Assembly (NCBI GenBank): GCA_963827655.1 | Contig: CAWHCF010000044.1 | Coordinates: forward strand, 96,001 to 160,000 | Reading direction: 5' to 3' | DNA from: an uncultured Acidobacteriota bacterium | Lineage (GTDB): Bacteria; Acidobacteriota; UBA6911 | DNA: 64,000 nucleotides | Part shown: positions 9,172 to 19,089 of the stretch, one piece after another | Position numbering within the stretch: position 1 is the stretch's first letter | How the letters are laid out: every line of letters begins with the position of its first letter | Program-made: the position numbers and the translations under genes | The notes under the pieces: model-generated | Seen by the model: only the letters and a program-made list of their open reading frames with translations | Databases searched by the model: none | What the model was told of the DNA's origin: nothing

Positions 9172-10068
9172 ATGTCCGACCGAAAACCATTGATAAGCAT
9201 AGGAATGCCGGTATACAACGGCGAAACCCATTTGTGCCAGGCTCTGGATTCCCTGCTCGCCCAGAGCTATGAAGACTTCGAGATACATATCTCCGACAAT
9301 GCTTCGACCGATCGCACGGGCGAAATCTGTCGTTCCTACCGATCGATCGACAAGCGCGTTCACTACCACTATGATCCCAATCACGTCGGAGTACTCGCTA
9401 ACTACCACCGCGCTTTGAATCTGACGTCGAGCGAATACTTCATGTGGGCGGCGGCCGATGACTGCTGGTCGGCCAACTACGTCGAGACCCTGATGGAATG
9501 CCTGCTGGCGCGACCGGAGGCAGCGCTGGCGGCAGGCCGCACCCTCTATATCGACGGAAAAGGCAACCGGCGCACGTCCGACCCGGACGACGCTCCGGCC
9601 CGTAATCCCGGCAACGGAATCAGCACGGCCAGGCAGCTGCTTGAACAACATGCCGCAGGATGGTTGCACGGCGTATACCGACGTGACCCATTGCTGAAGT
9701 CTCTCCCCACGTTTCTTACGACACATCCATGGGGGAGCGACGTCGTCTTTTTATTGGAGCTGTGTCTTACCAGCGAAGTCACCGGCTCCGACACCGCAGT
9801 CATGTACAAACGCGTCTCGGATCTCAATAACAGCCATGTCACCTTACCCAAGACGCCACGACAGATTGTCGGATGGCAATGCGGGTACGCAGCCGCTCTG
9901 ATGCGGGTCATCCTCAATAGCCCGATCTCTGCGAAGGAAAAACAGGATCTGATCAAGACATACTTCTTTTATCTAAAGAGGCTCTACTTCTGGAGTGGTA
10001 TGACAACGTGGCTCAAGACGTGGATCAGAGCCGGGGGTCACTGGCTGATTCGAATCGATCGAACCTGA
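9172..10068 (+). CDS. Glycosyltransferase family 2
   Basis: ISIGMPVYNGE, ISDNASTD, YFMWAAADD. Confidence 0.93.
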   Translation: MSDRKPLISIGMPVYNGETHLCQALDSLLAQSYEDFEIHISDNASTDRTGEICRSYRSIDKRVHYHYDPNHVGVLANYHRALNLTSSEYFMWAAADDCWSANYVETLMECLLARPEAALAAGRTLYIDGKGNRRTSDPDDAPARNPGNGISTARQLLEQHAAGWLHGVYRRDPLLKSLPTFLTTHPWGSDVVFLLELCLTSEVTGSDTAVMYKRVSDLNNSHVTLPKTPRQIVGWQCGYAAALMRVILNSPISAKEKQDLIKTYFFYLKRLYFWSGMTTWLKTWIRAGGHWLIRIDRT

Positions 10069-10086
10069 CATTTTATAGAGAACAGA

Positions 10087-11082
10087 ATGCCAAGCAATCC
10101 TTCACTAACCGTAGTGTTGCCCGCCCACAACGCAGAAGCGACGATTGCTCCTGCGATCGCGAGTACTCTGAATCAGAGCTACTCGGATTTTGAATTGTGG
10201 GTGCTCGAAAACGGGTCCACTGACGCCACGGCGGAAGTAGCAAAGTCGTTCTCAGACCCGAGGGTGCGGGTTTTTGAGCTCGGTCCCGTAGGATTCCAAG
10301 GGGCGCTGCAATACGCCATCGAGAATTCAGAGTCGGAGTGGCTGGCGCGCATGGACGCCGACGATCTGATGTTTCCCCACCGGCTGAAAGTGCAGATGCA
10401 GGTCATCGCGCAGCATCCGGAGCTCGTCTTCGTCGCCAGCCACTATGCCCTCCTGACGCCTTTTGGCAGCATGTTCGAGCGGCTCTTAACGGTTCCGTCG
10501 AGCGAGGTCGATAGTTCGAGACTGAGCAAAGGCCGCTTTTTCGCCGATCCGTCCACGATCTTTCGGCGCCAGATAGCGCTGGATGCTGGCGGTGTCGACC
10601 CGGAATTTACCTCGGGCGACGTTCCGCTGTTGTTTCGTCTGTTAAGCGTATGGGAAAGGGTTTGAAATCGCTGAACCGCTTTACCTCTATCGCATCCAGC
10701 CGAATTCGATGTGCCGAAGCACAGACTTTCGGCGCCAGGGACTTCGAGCGCGCGCCAAGTATGCCCCTGAAACCGTCGATCCTTCGGCACAAGCCAGGGA
10801 CGAAGTCAGCGCCTGGGCTTTTATTCTAGGGCTGGAGCTCTTGGCCCGGAATGGACCGGGTGTCCGCCAGGCGGCGGACTACCTCGAAGCAAACAGGAAC
10901 AAAGGCGAATTGGGCCAGATGGCTGAGCTACTTCCCGACGGCTGGGCTATCAATACTACAGATTGTGGGACTGCTCCGGGTTCCGGTACCGGCACAGGCC
11001 CGATTGGGAAACTCTTTTCAAGCCTCTTATGGAACCGGAGCCGCGCGAAATCCCCGGACGTACGCTCGTTGAAACTTGTTAG
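10087..11082 (+). CDS. Glycosyltransferase family 2 (frameshifted near 10650 and again near 10890-10950)
   Basis: VVLPAHNAE, ENGSTD, ARMDADD. Continues in other frames as EPLYLYRIQPNS...YRHRPDWETLF to a TAG at 11082. Confidence 0.8.
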
Positions 11083-11083
11083 T

Positions 11084-12169
11084 ATGAAAAGTGCTTCGGG
11101 CGAAATCTCCTCATTCGTCGGATCAAAAGTGAACACCAATAGCAATCAACCCATAGAGAACCAGGACACTTCGTGCCTGATCGTCGCAGAGGTGGCTCAG
11201 GCACACGACGGCAGCCTCGGCATGGCCCACGCCTATATAGATGCGGCAGCAAACGCCGGAGCCGACGCAATCAAGTTCCAGACCCATATCGCCGCGGCGG
11301 AATCGACTCCAGGAGAGCCGTGGCGCGTAAAGTTCAGCCCGCAGGACGCGACCCGCTACGACTACTGGAAGCGAATGCAGTTTACCGAAGACCAGTGGCG
11401 AGGTCTCAAGCGCCACGCTTCGGAGCGCGGCTTGAAGTTTCTCAGCTCCCCTTTTTCTCTCGAGGCTGTACAGCTCCTCAATCGTGTAGGAGTCACAGCC
11501 TGGAAGGTGGCTTCCGGCGAGGTTAACAACACCTCGATGTTGCAGTGTATGGCTGCCACGGGTCTGCCCATACTTCTGTCGACCGGGATGAGTCCTCTGC
11601 CCGAAATCGATTTCGCTGTAGATCGAGTGAAGCAATATGGCCTGCCCCTTACGCTGCTGCAGTGCACCACGGCCTACCCCTGTCCGCCGGAAAAGGTCGG
11701 GCTGAACCTGATACCGTTTTTCCGGGCGCGTTATGGCTGCCAGGTCGGCCTGTCGGATCACTCGGGAACCATCTACGCCGGTCTTGCGGGCGCCGTTCTT
11801 GGGATCGCTGTTCTGGAAGTGCACGTCACTCTCAGCCGGGAGATGTTCGGACCCGACGTTCCGGCCTCGATTACGACCACCGAGCTGCGCCAACTGGTCG
11901 CCGGCATCCGCTTCATAGAGAAGATGATGGCGAATCCGGTCGACAAGGATGCCATGGCAGTGGAGATGGCGCCTTTGCGGAACCTCTTTACCAAGAGCAT
12001 TGTTCTCTCATCGGACTTGCCTGCGGGCACCGTGCTGCGAAAAGAACACTTGACCATCAAGAAGCCAGGAACCGGCATTCCCGCCGACAGGCTACCCGAA
12101 CTCGTAAGCCGCACGCTAAAACGAGCGGTAACCGCTAACAGCTTGCTTTCGGAAGACGACCTTGCCTAA
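11084..12169 (+). CDS. neuB: N-acetylneuraminate/nonulosonate synthase with C-terminal SAF/AFP domain
   Basis: IVAEVAQAHDGS, GADAIKFQTH, KVASGE, LSTGMS, CTTAYP, GLSDH, EVHVT, KKPGTGI. The true start is about 11084-11129; the longer track ORF is a frameshift chimera. Confidence 0.93.
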   Translation: MKSASGEISSFVGSKVNTNSNQPIENQDTSCLIVAEVAQAHDGSLGMAHAYIDAAANAGADAIKFQTHIAAAESTPGEPWRVKFSPQDATRYDYWKRMQFTEDQWRGLKRHASERGLKFLSSPFSLEAVQLLNRVGVTAWKVASGEVNNTSMLQCMAATGLPILLSTGMSPLPEIDFAVDRVKQYGLPLTLLQCTTAYPCPPEKVGLNLIPFFRARYGCQVGLSDHSGTIYAGLAGAVLGIAVLEVHVTLSREMFGPDVPASITTTELRQLVAGIRFIEKMMANPVDKDAMAVEMAPLRNLFTKSIVLSSDLPAGTVLRKEHLTIKKPGTGIPADRLPELVSRTLKRAVTANSLLSEDDLA

Positions 12170-13421
12170 TTCGCTACGCCGTAAAATATGTGTTGTTCTG
12201 GTTGACCGGGCTAACTATGGCCGCCTGAAGCCGGTCATGAAGGCTATCGCAGACCGGCCAGAGCTTGAACTCCAGGTTCTTGCCGCCGGAACGATGGTCC
12301 TGGAACGCTTTCAGCAGCCTGTGCACGTTGTGAAACAGGACGGCTTCTCTGTGGACGGCGAGATCTACATTGAACTGGAAGGCTCCACCCCGGCCACCAT
12401 GGCAAAATCCGTCGGTTTCGGCGTCGTGGAGTTCGCAAGCGAGTTCCAGCGGCTCAAACCGGATCTGGTGCTGGTCATCGGCGATCGATACGAGGCGCTG
12501 GCGGCCGCTATCGCTGCTGCGTATATGAACATCTGTATCGCCCACATACAGGGTGGCGAGGTTTCCGGATCGATTGACGAAAGCGCGCGCCATGCGATCA
12601 CACGATTTGCGCATTTCCATTTTCCGAGCACGAGGCGTTCCGCGGAGTATCTGGTTCGCATGGGAGAAAATCCGAAGACGATTCTCGCCCTAGGGTGCCC
12701 CAGCAGCGATATCGCTCGCGACCTCGATCGAACGCTTCCGCCCTCAGCGATCAATGCCCTGGGCAGCGGCGCGGCGATCGATCTCTCCGATGCGTTTCTC
12801 CTGGTGGTCTTTCATCCCACGACCACGGAATACGGAGGAGAGCGCCGGCAGATGGAGGAGGTTCTCGAGGCCCTCGATAACATCCAGCGTCAGACCGTTC
12901 TCCTCTGGCCGAACATTGATGCCGGAGCCGATCACATCAGCAAGGCGATTCGAACCTTTCGCGACCGGGTGAAACCAGCCTGGCTCCATGTCATAACGAA
13001 CCTGAGCCCGGAGGATTATCTGAAGGTGCTGGCCCATGCCTCCTGCGCCGTCGGGAACTCCAGCAGCTTTGTGCGCGATGCCAGCTATTTCGGAACGCCG
13101 GTGGTTTTAGTGGGAAACCGGCAGGATGGACGCGAGACCGACCAGCACGTCATGCCCGTGCCTCCTCTGGCCGCGGAGATCACTGCCGCAATACGCGAGC
13201 AACTTGCGCATGGACCCTATGCTCCCAGCAGCCTTTACGGAGATGGACATGTCTCCGAACGAATTGCCGAGGCGCTCAGCCGCCTCACTCCCTATGTTCA
13301 GAAGCGCCTGAGCTACATGGGGCAAGGTAAAGCCGAGTTTGTCGAGCGCGCTTCCCAAACCACGGATCTCAAATCGAGCGACGATCTTGCCTCAAGCTGG
13401 GCGCTGCATTCTTCGGATTAG
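12162..13421 (+). CDS. neuC: UDP-N-acetylglucosamine 2-epimerase (hydrolysing)
   Basis: RANYG, GDRYE, HIQGGEVSGSIDESARHAI, FHP, GNSSS, VGNRQDGRE, YGDG. Overlaps neuB. Confidence 0.92.
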   Translation: MPNSLRRKICVVLVDRANYGRLKPVMKAIADRPELELQVLAAGTMVLERFQQPVHVVKQDGFSVDGEIYIELEGSTPATMAKSVGFGVVEFASEFQRLKPDLVLVIGDRYEALAAAIAAAYMNICIAHIQGGEVSGSIDESARHAITRFAHFHFPSTRRSAEYLVRMGENPKTILALGCPSSDIARDLDRTLPPSAINALGSGAAIDLSDAFLLVVFHPTTTEYGGERRQMEEVLEALDNIQRQTVLLWPNIDAGADHISKAIRTFRDRVKPAWLHVITNLSPEDYLKVLAHASCAVGNSSSFVRDASYFGTPVVLVGNRQDGRETDQHVMPVPPLAAEITAAIREQLAHGPYAPSSLYGDGHVSERIAEALSRLTPYVQKRLSYMGQGKAEFVERASQTTDLKSSDDLASSWALHSSD

Positions 13422-13433
13422 CGGGATCGCGCC

Positions 13434-13484
13434 TTTGGAGTGCGCAAGCTTGCTTGCGCCTTGTGCAACGGCAGCTTGCTGCCG
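13434..13484 (+). repeat. REP-like double-hairpin element, copy A
   Basis: TTTGGAGT-GCGCAAGC-TT-GCTTGCGC...CGGCAGC-TT-GCTGCCG between neuC and neuA. A related inverted copy lies at 20555-20613. Confidence 0.7.
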
Positions 13485-13515
13485 GTTGTAAGAAATGAAT
13501 GGGATCAGCGCTCGA

Positions 13516-14223
13516 ATGAAGGTTCTGGCAATTGTACCTGCGCGCGGCGGATCGAAAGGGATTCCGCGCAAGAATATCGCGCCCCTCATGGGAAAGCCGC
13601 TCCTGGCCTATACGGCCGAAGCGGCCCGGGCCGCCGGGCGTTTGACCCGGGCGCTTCTCTCAACTGAGGACGAAGAGATCGCTCGCGTAGGACGACAGTA
13701 TGGTCTGGACGTGCCGTTTCTGCGGCCGCCGGAACTGGCGCGCGACGATACTCCGACGATCCCCGTATTACAGGACGTGGTTCGGAAGCTTGAAGCCGTG
13801 GGGGATCGTTACGATGCAATCTTCGTGCTCCAGCCGACCAACCCGCTCCGGCGAGCGCAAGACATCGACGGCGCCATTGAGCTCCTGGAACGCACAGGCG
13901 CAGATTCAGTGATCTCGTTCGTTGATGTAGGGGAAAAGCATCCGGCCCGAATGAAGATCGTTACTGCCGAGGGCAGGGTCATGAATCCGTCTTTCGCCGA
14001 GCAATTCGAGGGTCAGCCCAGGCAGGCTCTCTCGAAGCTTTATCTGCGCGAGGGCTCGATCTACCTTACCCGCAGGTCCGTACTCATGGATCAAAGCTCG
14101 ATTCAGGGATGCGACTGCCGGGCCTGGCTCATCCCCGAGGAACGAGCGTGCAACATTGATAACCCGTTTGACCTTTTTCTGGCTGAACAGATCATGAGGT
14201 ACCATGCCGTCCAAGCGACCTAG
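13516..14223 (+). CDS. neuA: Acylneuraminate cytidylyltransferase (CMP-nonulosonate synthetase)
   Basis: AIVPARGGSKGIPRKNI, RPPELARD, LQPTNPLR, NIDNPFD. Confidence 0.93.
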   Translation: MKVLAIVPARGGSKGIPRKNIAPLMGKPLLAYTAEAARAAGRLTRALLSTEDEEIARVGRQYGLDVPFLRPPELARDDTPTIPVLQDVVRKLEAVGDRYDAIFVLQPTNPLRRAQDIDGAIELLERTGADSVISFVDVGEKHPARMKIVTAEGRVMNPSFAEQFEGQPRQALSKLYLREGSIYLTRRSVLMDQSSIQGCDCRAWLIPEERACNIDNPFDLFLAEQIMRYHAVQAT

Positions 14224-15199
14224 AATCCTCGTCGCAGAATCGAGCGGATTCTGTCCGAGGGCGGCAGAACTGCTGCGCGAGGCCGGTGACCTGACCCTGG
14301 CCGACCTCGACCGCAACGGTCTCCTGGCGGCTGTCCGCGACATCGATATTCTGTGGGTCCGCCTTCGGCATCGGATCGACCGCCAGCTTCTCGACGCGGC
14401 GCCCGAGCTGAAGATTATTGCGACGCCCACAACCGGCCTCAATCACATAGATCTGAACGAGAGCAGCGACCGCGGCATCCAGGTCCTGTCTCTTTCGGGA
14501 GAGACCGCCTTTTTGAACGACATCCGCGGCACTGCCGAGCACACCCTTGCGTTGATGCTTGGCCTGATCCGTCACCTCCCGGCAGCCGCGACCCACGCCC
14601 GATTCGGCGGCTGGAATCGAGATCGGTTCAAGGGCCGCGAATTGCATGGCAAGACAGTTGGAGTCGTCGGTTATGGCCGGCTCGGGCGTATCGTGAGCCG
14701 ATACTTGAGAGCGTTTGATACGGTCGTCCTGACCGCGGACCCGGATATCACCCCGGCATCGGTCGAGCCGCCGGTCATGCTGGTTCCGCTCGCCCGATTG
14801 CTTGGCGAATCGAACCTGGTGACACTGCACGTGAACCTCTCGGAGAAGACACGCGGGTTCTTCGGGCGCGAGCAATTCTCGGCCATGAAAGAGGGCGCCT
14901 GGTTTATCAATACCTCCCGCGGAGAATTGGTCGATGAGACGGCGCTGCTCGATGCCCTGAAATCGGGGCATCTGGCCGGGGCCGCCCTGGATGTGATTTC
15001 CGGCGAGGGTTCGGAGCGGATGGAGAATCATCCAGTCGTGGCCTATGCCCTTGAACACGAGAACCTCATCCTGACGCCGCATATTGGCGGCTGCACCGAA
15101 GAGTCGATGGCGCAGACCGAAGTGTTCCTGGCAGAAAAAGTCCTGATGTTTTCAAAATCCTTCGCCTTTGCTTGGCGACTTCGACACGACGCCCCATAG
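14204..15199 (+). CDS. D-isomer 2-hydroxyacid dehydrogenase (phosphoglycerate/glyoxylate reductase-like)
   Basis: GLNHID, TAEH, GVVGYGRLG, INTSRG, AALDV, LTPHIGG. Confidence 0.9.
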   Translation: MPSKRPRILVAESSGFCPRAAELLREAGDLTLADLDRNGLLAAVRDIDILWVRLRHRIDRQLLDAAPELKIIATPTTGLNHIDLNESSDRGIQVLSLSGETAFLNDIRGTAEHTLALMLGLIRHLPAAATHARFGGWNRDRFKGRELHGKTVGVVGYGRLGRIVSRYLRAFDTVVLTADPDITPASVEPPVMLVPLARLLGESNLVTLHVNLSEKTRGFFGREQFSAMKEGAWFINTSRGELVDETALLDALKSGHLAGAALDVISGEGSERMENHPVVAYALEHENLILTPHIGGCTEESMAQTEVFLAEKVLMFSKSFAFAWRLRHDAP

Positions 15200-15234
15200 A
15201 AACGTGAAGTGATGAATCCCGGAGCTTCTCCCTT

Positions 15235-16703
15235 ATGAGTTTATCTTTGCAGACTGATTCTGACGCGGCTACTGCTGAAGTCGCGGCTGCCCGCGGCACC
15301 AACCCTAACCCCAGGGTCCTCGTTTCGATTCCCAGCGGTTTCCAACTGCGCCAGTTTGTTCACTCCGGCGTCCTCGATCTGCTGCTAAAGCGCGGTTTCC
15401 AGGCTCTGATCGTGAGCCCGAACGGGATCGGACGAGGGCTTTGCCGAGCAAGTTGATGAGCGCGGCGTCGAAGTCTGCGCGGTAAATCTTAATAATCAGG
15501 GACCGCTGAGCTGGCGCTACTGGCTGGCACGTCACCAGATATTGCTGAATGGCCAACCAACCGAAACCATGCGCCAGGCAATGGTGGATTTCCGGAAGCG
15601 TCATTTCGGGCTCGCCCTTGACGGCCGATATCTGCAACGCCCTGATGCGCCTTTTTCCCGGATTGCGAAAAAAAGCTCTTCAATGGGAATACCTGCTTCT
15701 TCGGCGCGCAGACCTGGAAACCCTCCTGTCGACGAAGCCAGTCGACCTGATCCTTTTAGGAAGTCCGGGGTTCATGGAGCAGGACGCGCTCCTGCTGCAT
15801 GCCGGCGTCCGGCGAGGAATTCCGGTGGCGGCCGCGATCATGAGCTGGGACAATCTTTCCTCAAAAGGCCTGATTAACCCTCACCCGGATCGCCTCCTGG
15901 TCTGGAGCGATTACATGAAGCGCGAGGCGGTGGATCTTCAAGGATTTTCAGCGGAACGCGTGGTCGAGACCGGCGCGCCGCTCTACGATATCTTCGCCAA
16001 CGCCCGCAGGTTTGGTACGCGCCGCGAGAATCTGGAGGGTCTCGGGCTCGATCCAGAACGGCGGTTGATTTTCTACGGCACCAATCACGCCGCGTTCTTT
16101 CCCGATGAGATCGAGGTGGTCAAGCGCGTGGCGCAATGGGTCGAAGAGGATAGCCTGGGAAAGCCTTGCCAGCTCGTAATCCGGCTTCATCCGCAGGCAA
16201 TCACGGGTCCATACAAACTTCAAACCGACCCCTACCTCAGCCTGGCATCGAACCGGGTCAAGGTCGAGTTTCCACCGGTTCGCAATAGCAGCCTTCCCTG
16301 GGAGCTTCCGAAGAGCGATATCGAGCACCTCGTGAGGCTGTTACGGGACGCTGACGTGGTCATTAACACGGCTTCGACCATCTCGATAGATGCAGCGGTC
16401 CTCGACCGTCCGGTGGTCTGCGTCGCTTACGACCCGGCCGGCGATCTGCCCTACGAGAAGTCTGTGCGTCGTTATTACGACTTCACCCACATGGCGAACG
16501 TCGTTCGGGCCGGAGCAGCACAGCTCGCCAAATCGCCCGAAGGGCTGCGCGAAAAGATTGTTAACTATCTCGAAAAACCCGACTTGGATCGCCCTGGAAG
16601 GCAACGCATCGTCAAGCAGCAGTTCGGGCGCGTAGACGGGCTGAGCGCGGCGCGCCTGGTCGAGCAAGCCGCGGCATTGATCTCGAAGGGAAAAACGAAA
16701 TGA
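15235..16703 (+). CDS. GT-B fold transferase of the TagF/EpsJ-like type, candidate nonulosonate (sialyl) transferase (frameshifted near 15430 and 15600)
   Basis: SWDNLSSKG, LLVWS, TGAPLYD, IRLHP, DVVINTASTISIDAA..DRPVV. Directly follows neuBCA. Confidence 0.7.
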
Positions 16704-17815
16704 AGGTGCTGGTAACGGGAGGAGCCGGGTTTATAGGTTCGCACCTCGTGGACGGGCTGCTTGAGCGCGGATACGACGTTCGGATTCTCGATGCCCTGGT
16801 TCCGCAAGTACACGGGACAGAAAGAAAGCGGCCGGCCTATCTCGATCCCCGGGCGGAGCTTCTGGTCGGCAGCATCGAGGATGCCGCTTCAGTATCGCAG
16901 GCCCTGCAGGGCGTCGAACGCGTGATACACCTGGCTTCCGCCGTCGGGGTCGGGCAATCGATGTACCAGATCGTCGACTATTGCAGAACCAACGTCATGG
17001 GCACTGCGACGTTGTTGCAGGCCATCGTCGATTCCAAGATACCTCTCAAGAGCCTGGTAGTAGCGTCTTCAATGTCGGTCTACGGGGAGGGGCGGTATCG
17101 CGCCGGCGACGGGGAGCTCGTCAATCCGGAACTTCGCAGTGAGGCACAGCTGGCAGCAAGCGACTGGGAAATGCGCGACCAGGCCGGAAATGCGCTTCAG
17201 CCGGTTCCCACGGATGAAGCAAAACCGCTGGCGCCGGCATCGGTTTACGCGATCAACAAGAGGGATCAGGAAGAGATGTGCCTGAAAGTTGGCACGGCCT
17301 ACGGCATCCCGACTACGGCCTTGCGTTTTTTTAATGTCTATGGTTCCCGCCAGGCGCTCTCGAACCCCTACACTGGAGTGGCGGCAATTTTCTGCGCCCG
17401 GCTCCTGAACGATCGACCTCCGCTGGTATTCGAAGATGGTTTGCAAAGACGGGATTTCGTCCACGTGCAGGACGTCGCGCAAGCGATTATTTCGGCGGCC
17501 GAGAAACCTTTACCAGGCGAGGCCATCAATATCGGCTCGGGAACGGCGGTCTCGGTGATCGAGATCGCTGAGATGCTGTCGTCCGAAATGAAGAAAGATA
17601 TCAGCTCCCGCATCCTTGGGAAGTACCGCAACGGCGATATCCGTCACTGCTTTGCGGATATTTCGAAGGCGCGGCAACTGTTAGGCTGGATCCCTTCCAG
17701 GGCGTTCCGCGACGGGATTCCGGAGCTGGTGGAATGGGTGCAATCGCAGCGGGATGCGCGCGACGGCGCTGAAAGCGCCTGGGGCGAATTGCAACAACGC
17801 GGGTTGTTGTCGTAA
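16700..17815 (+). CDS. NAD-dependent nucleotide-sugar epimerase/dehydratase
   Basis: VLVTGGAGFIG, ASSMSVYG, YAINK (YxxxK), RFFNVYG, RDFVHV. Confidence 0.92.
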   Translation: MKVLVTGGAGFIGSHLVDGLLERGYDVRILDALVPQVHGTERKRPAYLDPRAELLVGSIEDAASVSQALQGVERVIHLASAVGVGQSMYQIVDYCRTNVMGTATLLQAIVDSKIPLKSLVVASSMSVYGEGRYRAGDGELVNPELRSEAQLAASDWEMRDQAGNALQPVPTDEAKPLAPASVYAINKRDQEEMCLKVGTAYGIPTTALRFFNVYGSRQALSNPYTGVAAIFCARLLNDRPPLVFEDGLQRRDFVHVQDVAQAIISAAEKPLPGEAINIGSGTAVSVIEIAEMLSSEMKKDISSRILGKYRNGDIRHCFADISKARQLLGWIPSRAFRDGIPELVEWVQSQRDARDGAESAWGELQQRGLLS

Positions 17816-17845
17816 GCAGTTTTTGGGCAAGAGAAAGGCCTGTTT

Positions 17846-19054
17846 GTGCTCACGGTGGTCTCAAAGAGTTTCGCTCCTCAGGTGTCAGGGACGTCTATTC
17901 TGTTGGCGAACCTTCTGTCGGGCTATCCAGGCACGCTGAGCGCAGTTGCTGGATCTAACCTGTATGGCAAATCCGATCCTTCGTTCCTGCCCCCCTGTCC
18001 AACGAAGTATCTTGCTTTGCCCCGGATTCTAGCCGGCGTGTACGATCGCCTGAGAATAAAATCTCCAGCGACAACCTGCCGCGCCCTTCGACCATCCGTT
18101 CGAAGAGTGTTGAGAAAACTTGGCACAAGCGTCGTTTTCGGCGCGTACCCCTGCGATGACTACTTTGTGGCGACCTTTCTTGCCGCGCGCGATCTGGGCC
18201 TCCCTTTTTACGCCCATATGCACGATCTCTGGATAGAGAACCTGACTCCCGGCTCGCCTCTAGCTCGCTTCGCCGAAAAATGGGAGCCCATCATAATCCG
18301 AGAGGCCCGGCGGGTGCTGTGCATGACCGAAGCCATGCAGAAGTACTACGAAAACAAGTACGGGATACGAACAGATCTGCTGCCTCACACTATTCGAGAA
18401 CAGGACTATTTGAACGTCACTCCGAATGCGCCGCCGGCAATGCCCGCACCGACAGTCCTGTTTGTCGGGGCGGTGAGCCCGCCGATGAACCTCGACGCGC
18501 TCAAGGTGCTGGCCGCCGCATCCGAGCTCCTGCCTTCGGGGTACGAACTGCTGTTTTGCACATCCATGGACCTTCAAGCTCTGAAACAACAAGGTATCCA
18601 ATCGAGTCGTTTGCGGGCCCAGTATGTCTCTCGAGCGGAGGTGCAACGTCTTCAGTCCGGAGCCCATGTTCTGATTGCGCCTCTGTCCCACAAGAATGGT
18701 TCCATCGAGGAAGTTCGCACCGTTTTCTCCACCAAACTGTGCGAGTACCTGGTTTCGGGACGTCCCATTATTGTGTTTGCGCCGGAGGATTCGTACCACG
18801 CCGAATCCGCAAGAAAGAATGGCTGGGCTTACGTCGTCACGGAAGATTCACCTGCCGCGCTTGCGGAAGCCATCGTGAAAGTAGTGACGAAGGAAGACCT
18901 GGCCGCCGGCCTGGTTCGCGGAGCACTGCAAGAGGCTTACTCCAGGAGCGCAAGGCGGCATGCGGAGCGCCTGCATGAATGGGTTCTTGAAGACACTCGC
19001 ACTGCATGGTCACTCGAAGGCCAGCGGTCGGGGAAACAATTGGTTGCTTCCTGA
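17846..19054 (+). CDS. Glycosyltransferase, GT4-like
   Basis: HMHDLW, VLFVG, STKLCEYLVSGRPII, EDSPAALAEAI. Confidence 0.8.
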   Translation: MLTVVSKSFAPQVSGTSILLANLLSGYPGTLSAVAGSNLYGKSDPSFLPPCPTKYLALPRILAGVYDRLRIKSPATTCRALRPSVRRVLRKLGTSVVFGAYPCDDYFVATFLAARDLGLPFYAHMHDLWIENLTPGSPLARFAEKWEPIIIREARRVLCMTEAMQKYYENKYGIRTDLLPHTIREQDYLNVTPNAPPAMPAPTVLFVGAVSPPMNLDALKVLAAASELLPSGYELLFCTSMDLQALKQQGIQSSRLRAQYVSRAEVQRLQSGAHVLIAPLSHKNGSIEEVRTVFSTKLCEYLVSGRPIIVFAPEDSYHAESARKNGWAYVVTEDSPAALAEAIVKVVTKEDLAAGLVRGALQEAYSRSARRHAERLHEWVLEDTRTAWSLEGQRSGKQLVAS

Positions 19055-19089
19055 AGTGGCAGGAAGTTTCCGGCACCGAGCAAGGCCAC

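Noticed and set aside
10709-12169. NeuB with a novel 125-aa N-terminal extension
   Set aside because: The extension is partly the frameshifted tail of the upstream GT2. NeuB similarity begins near 11170.
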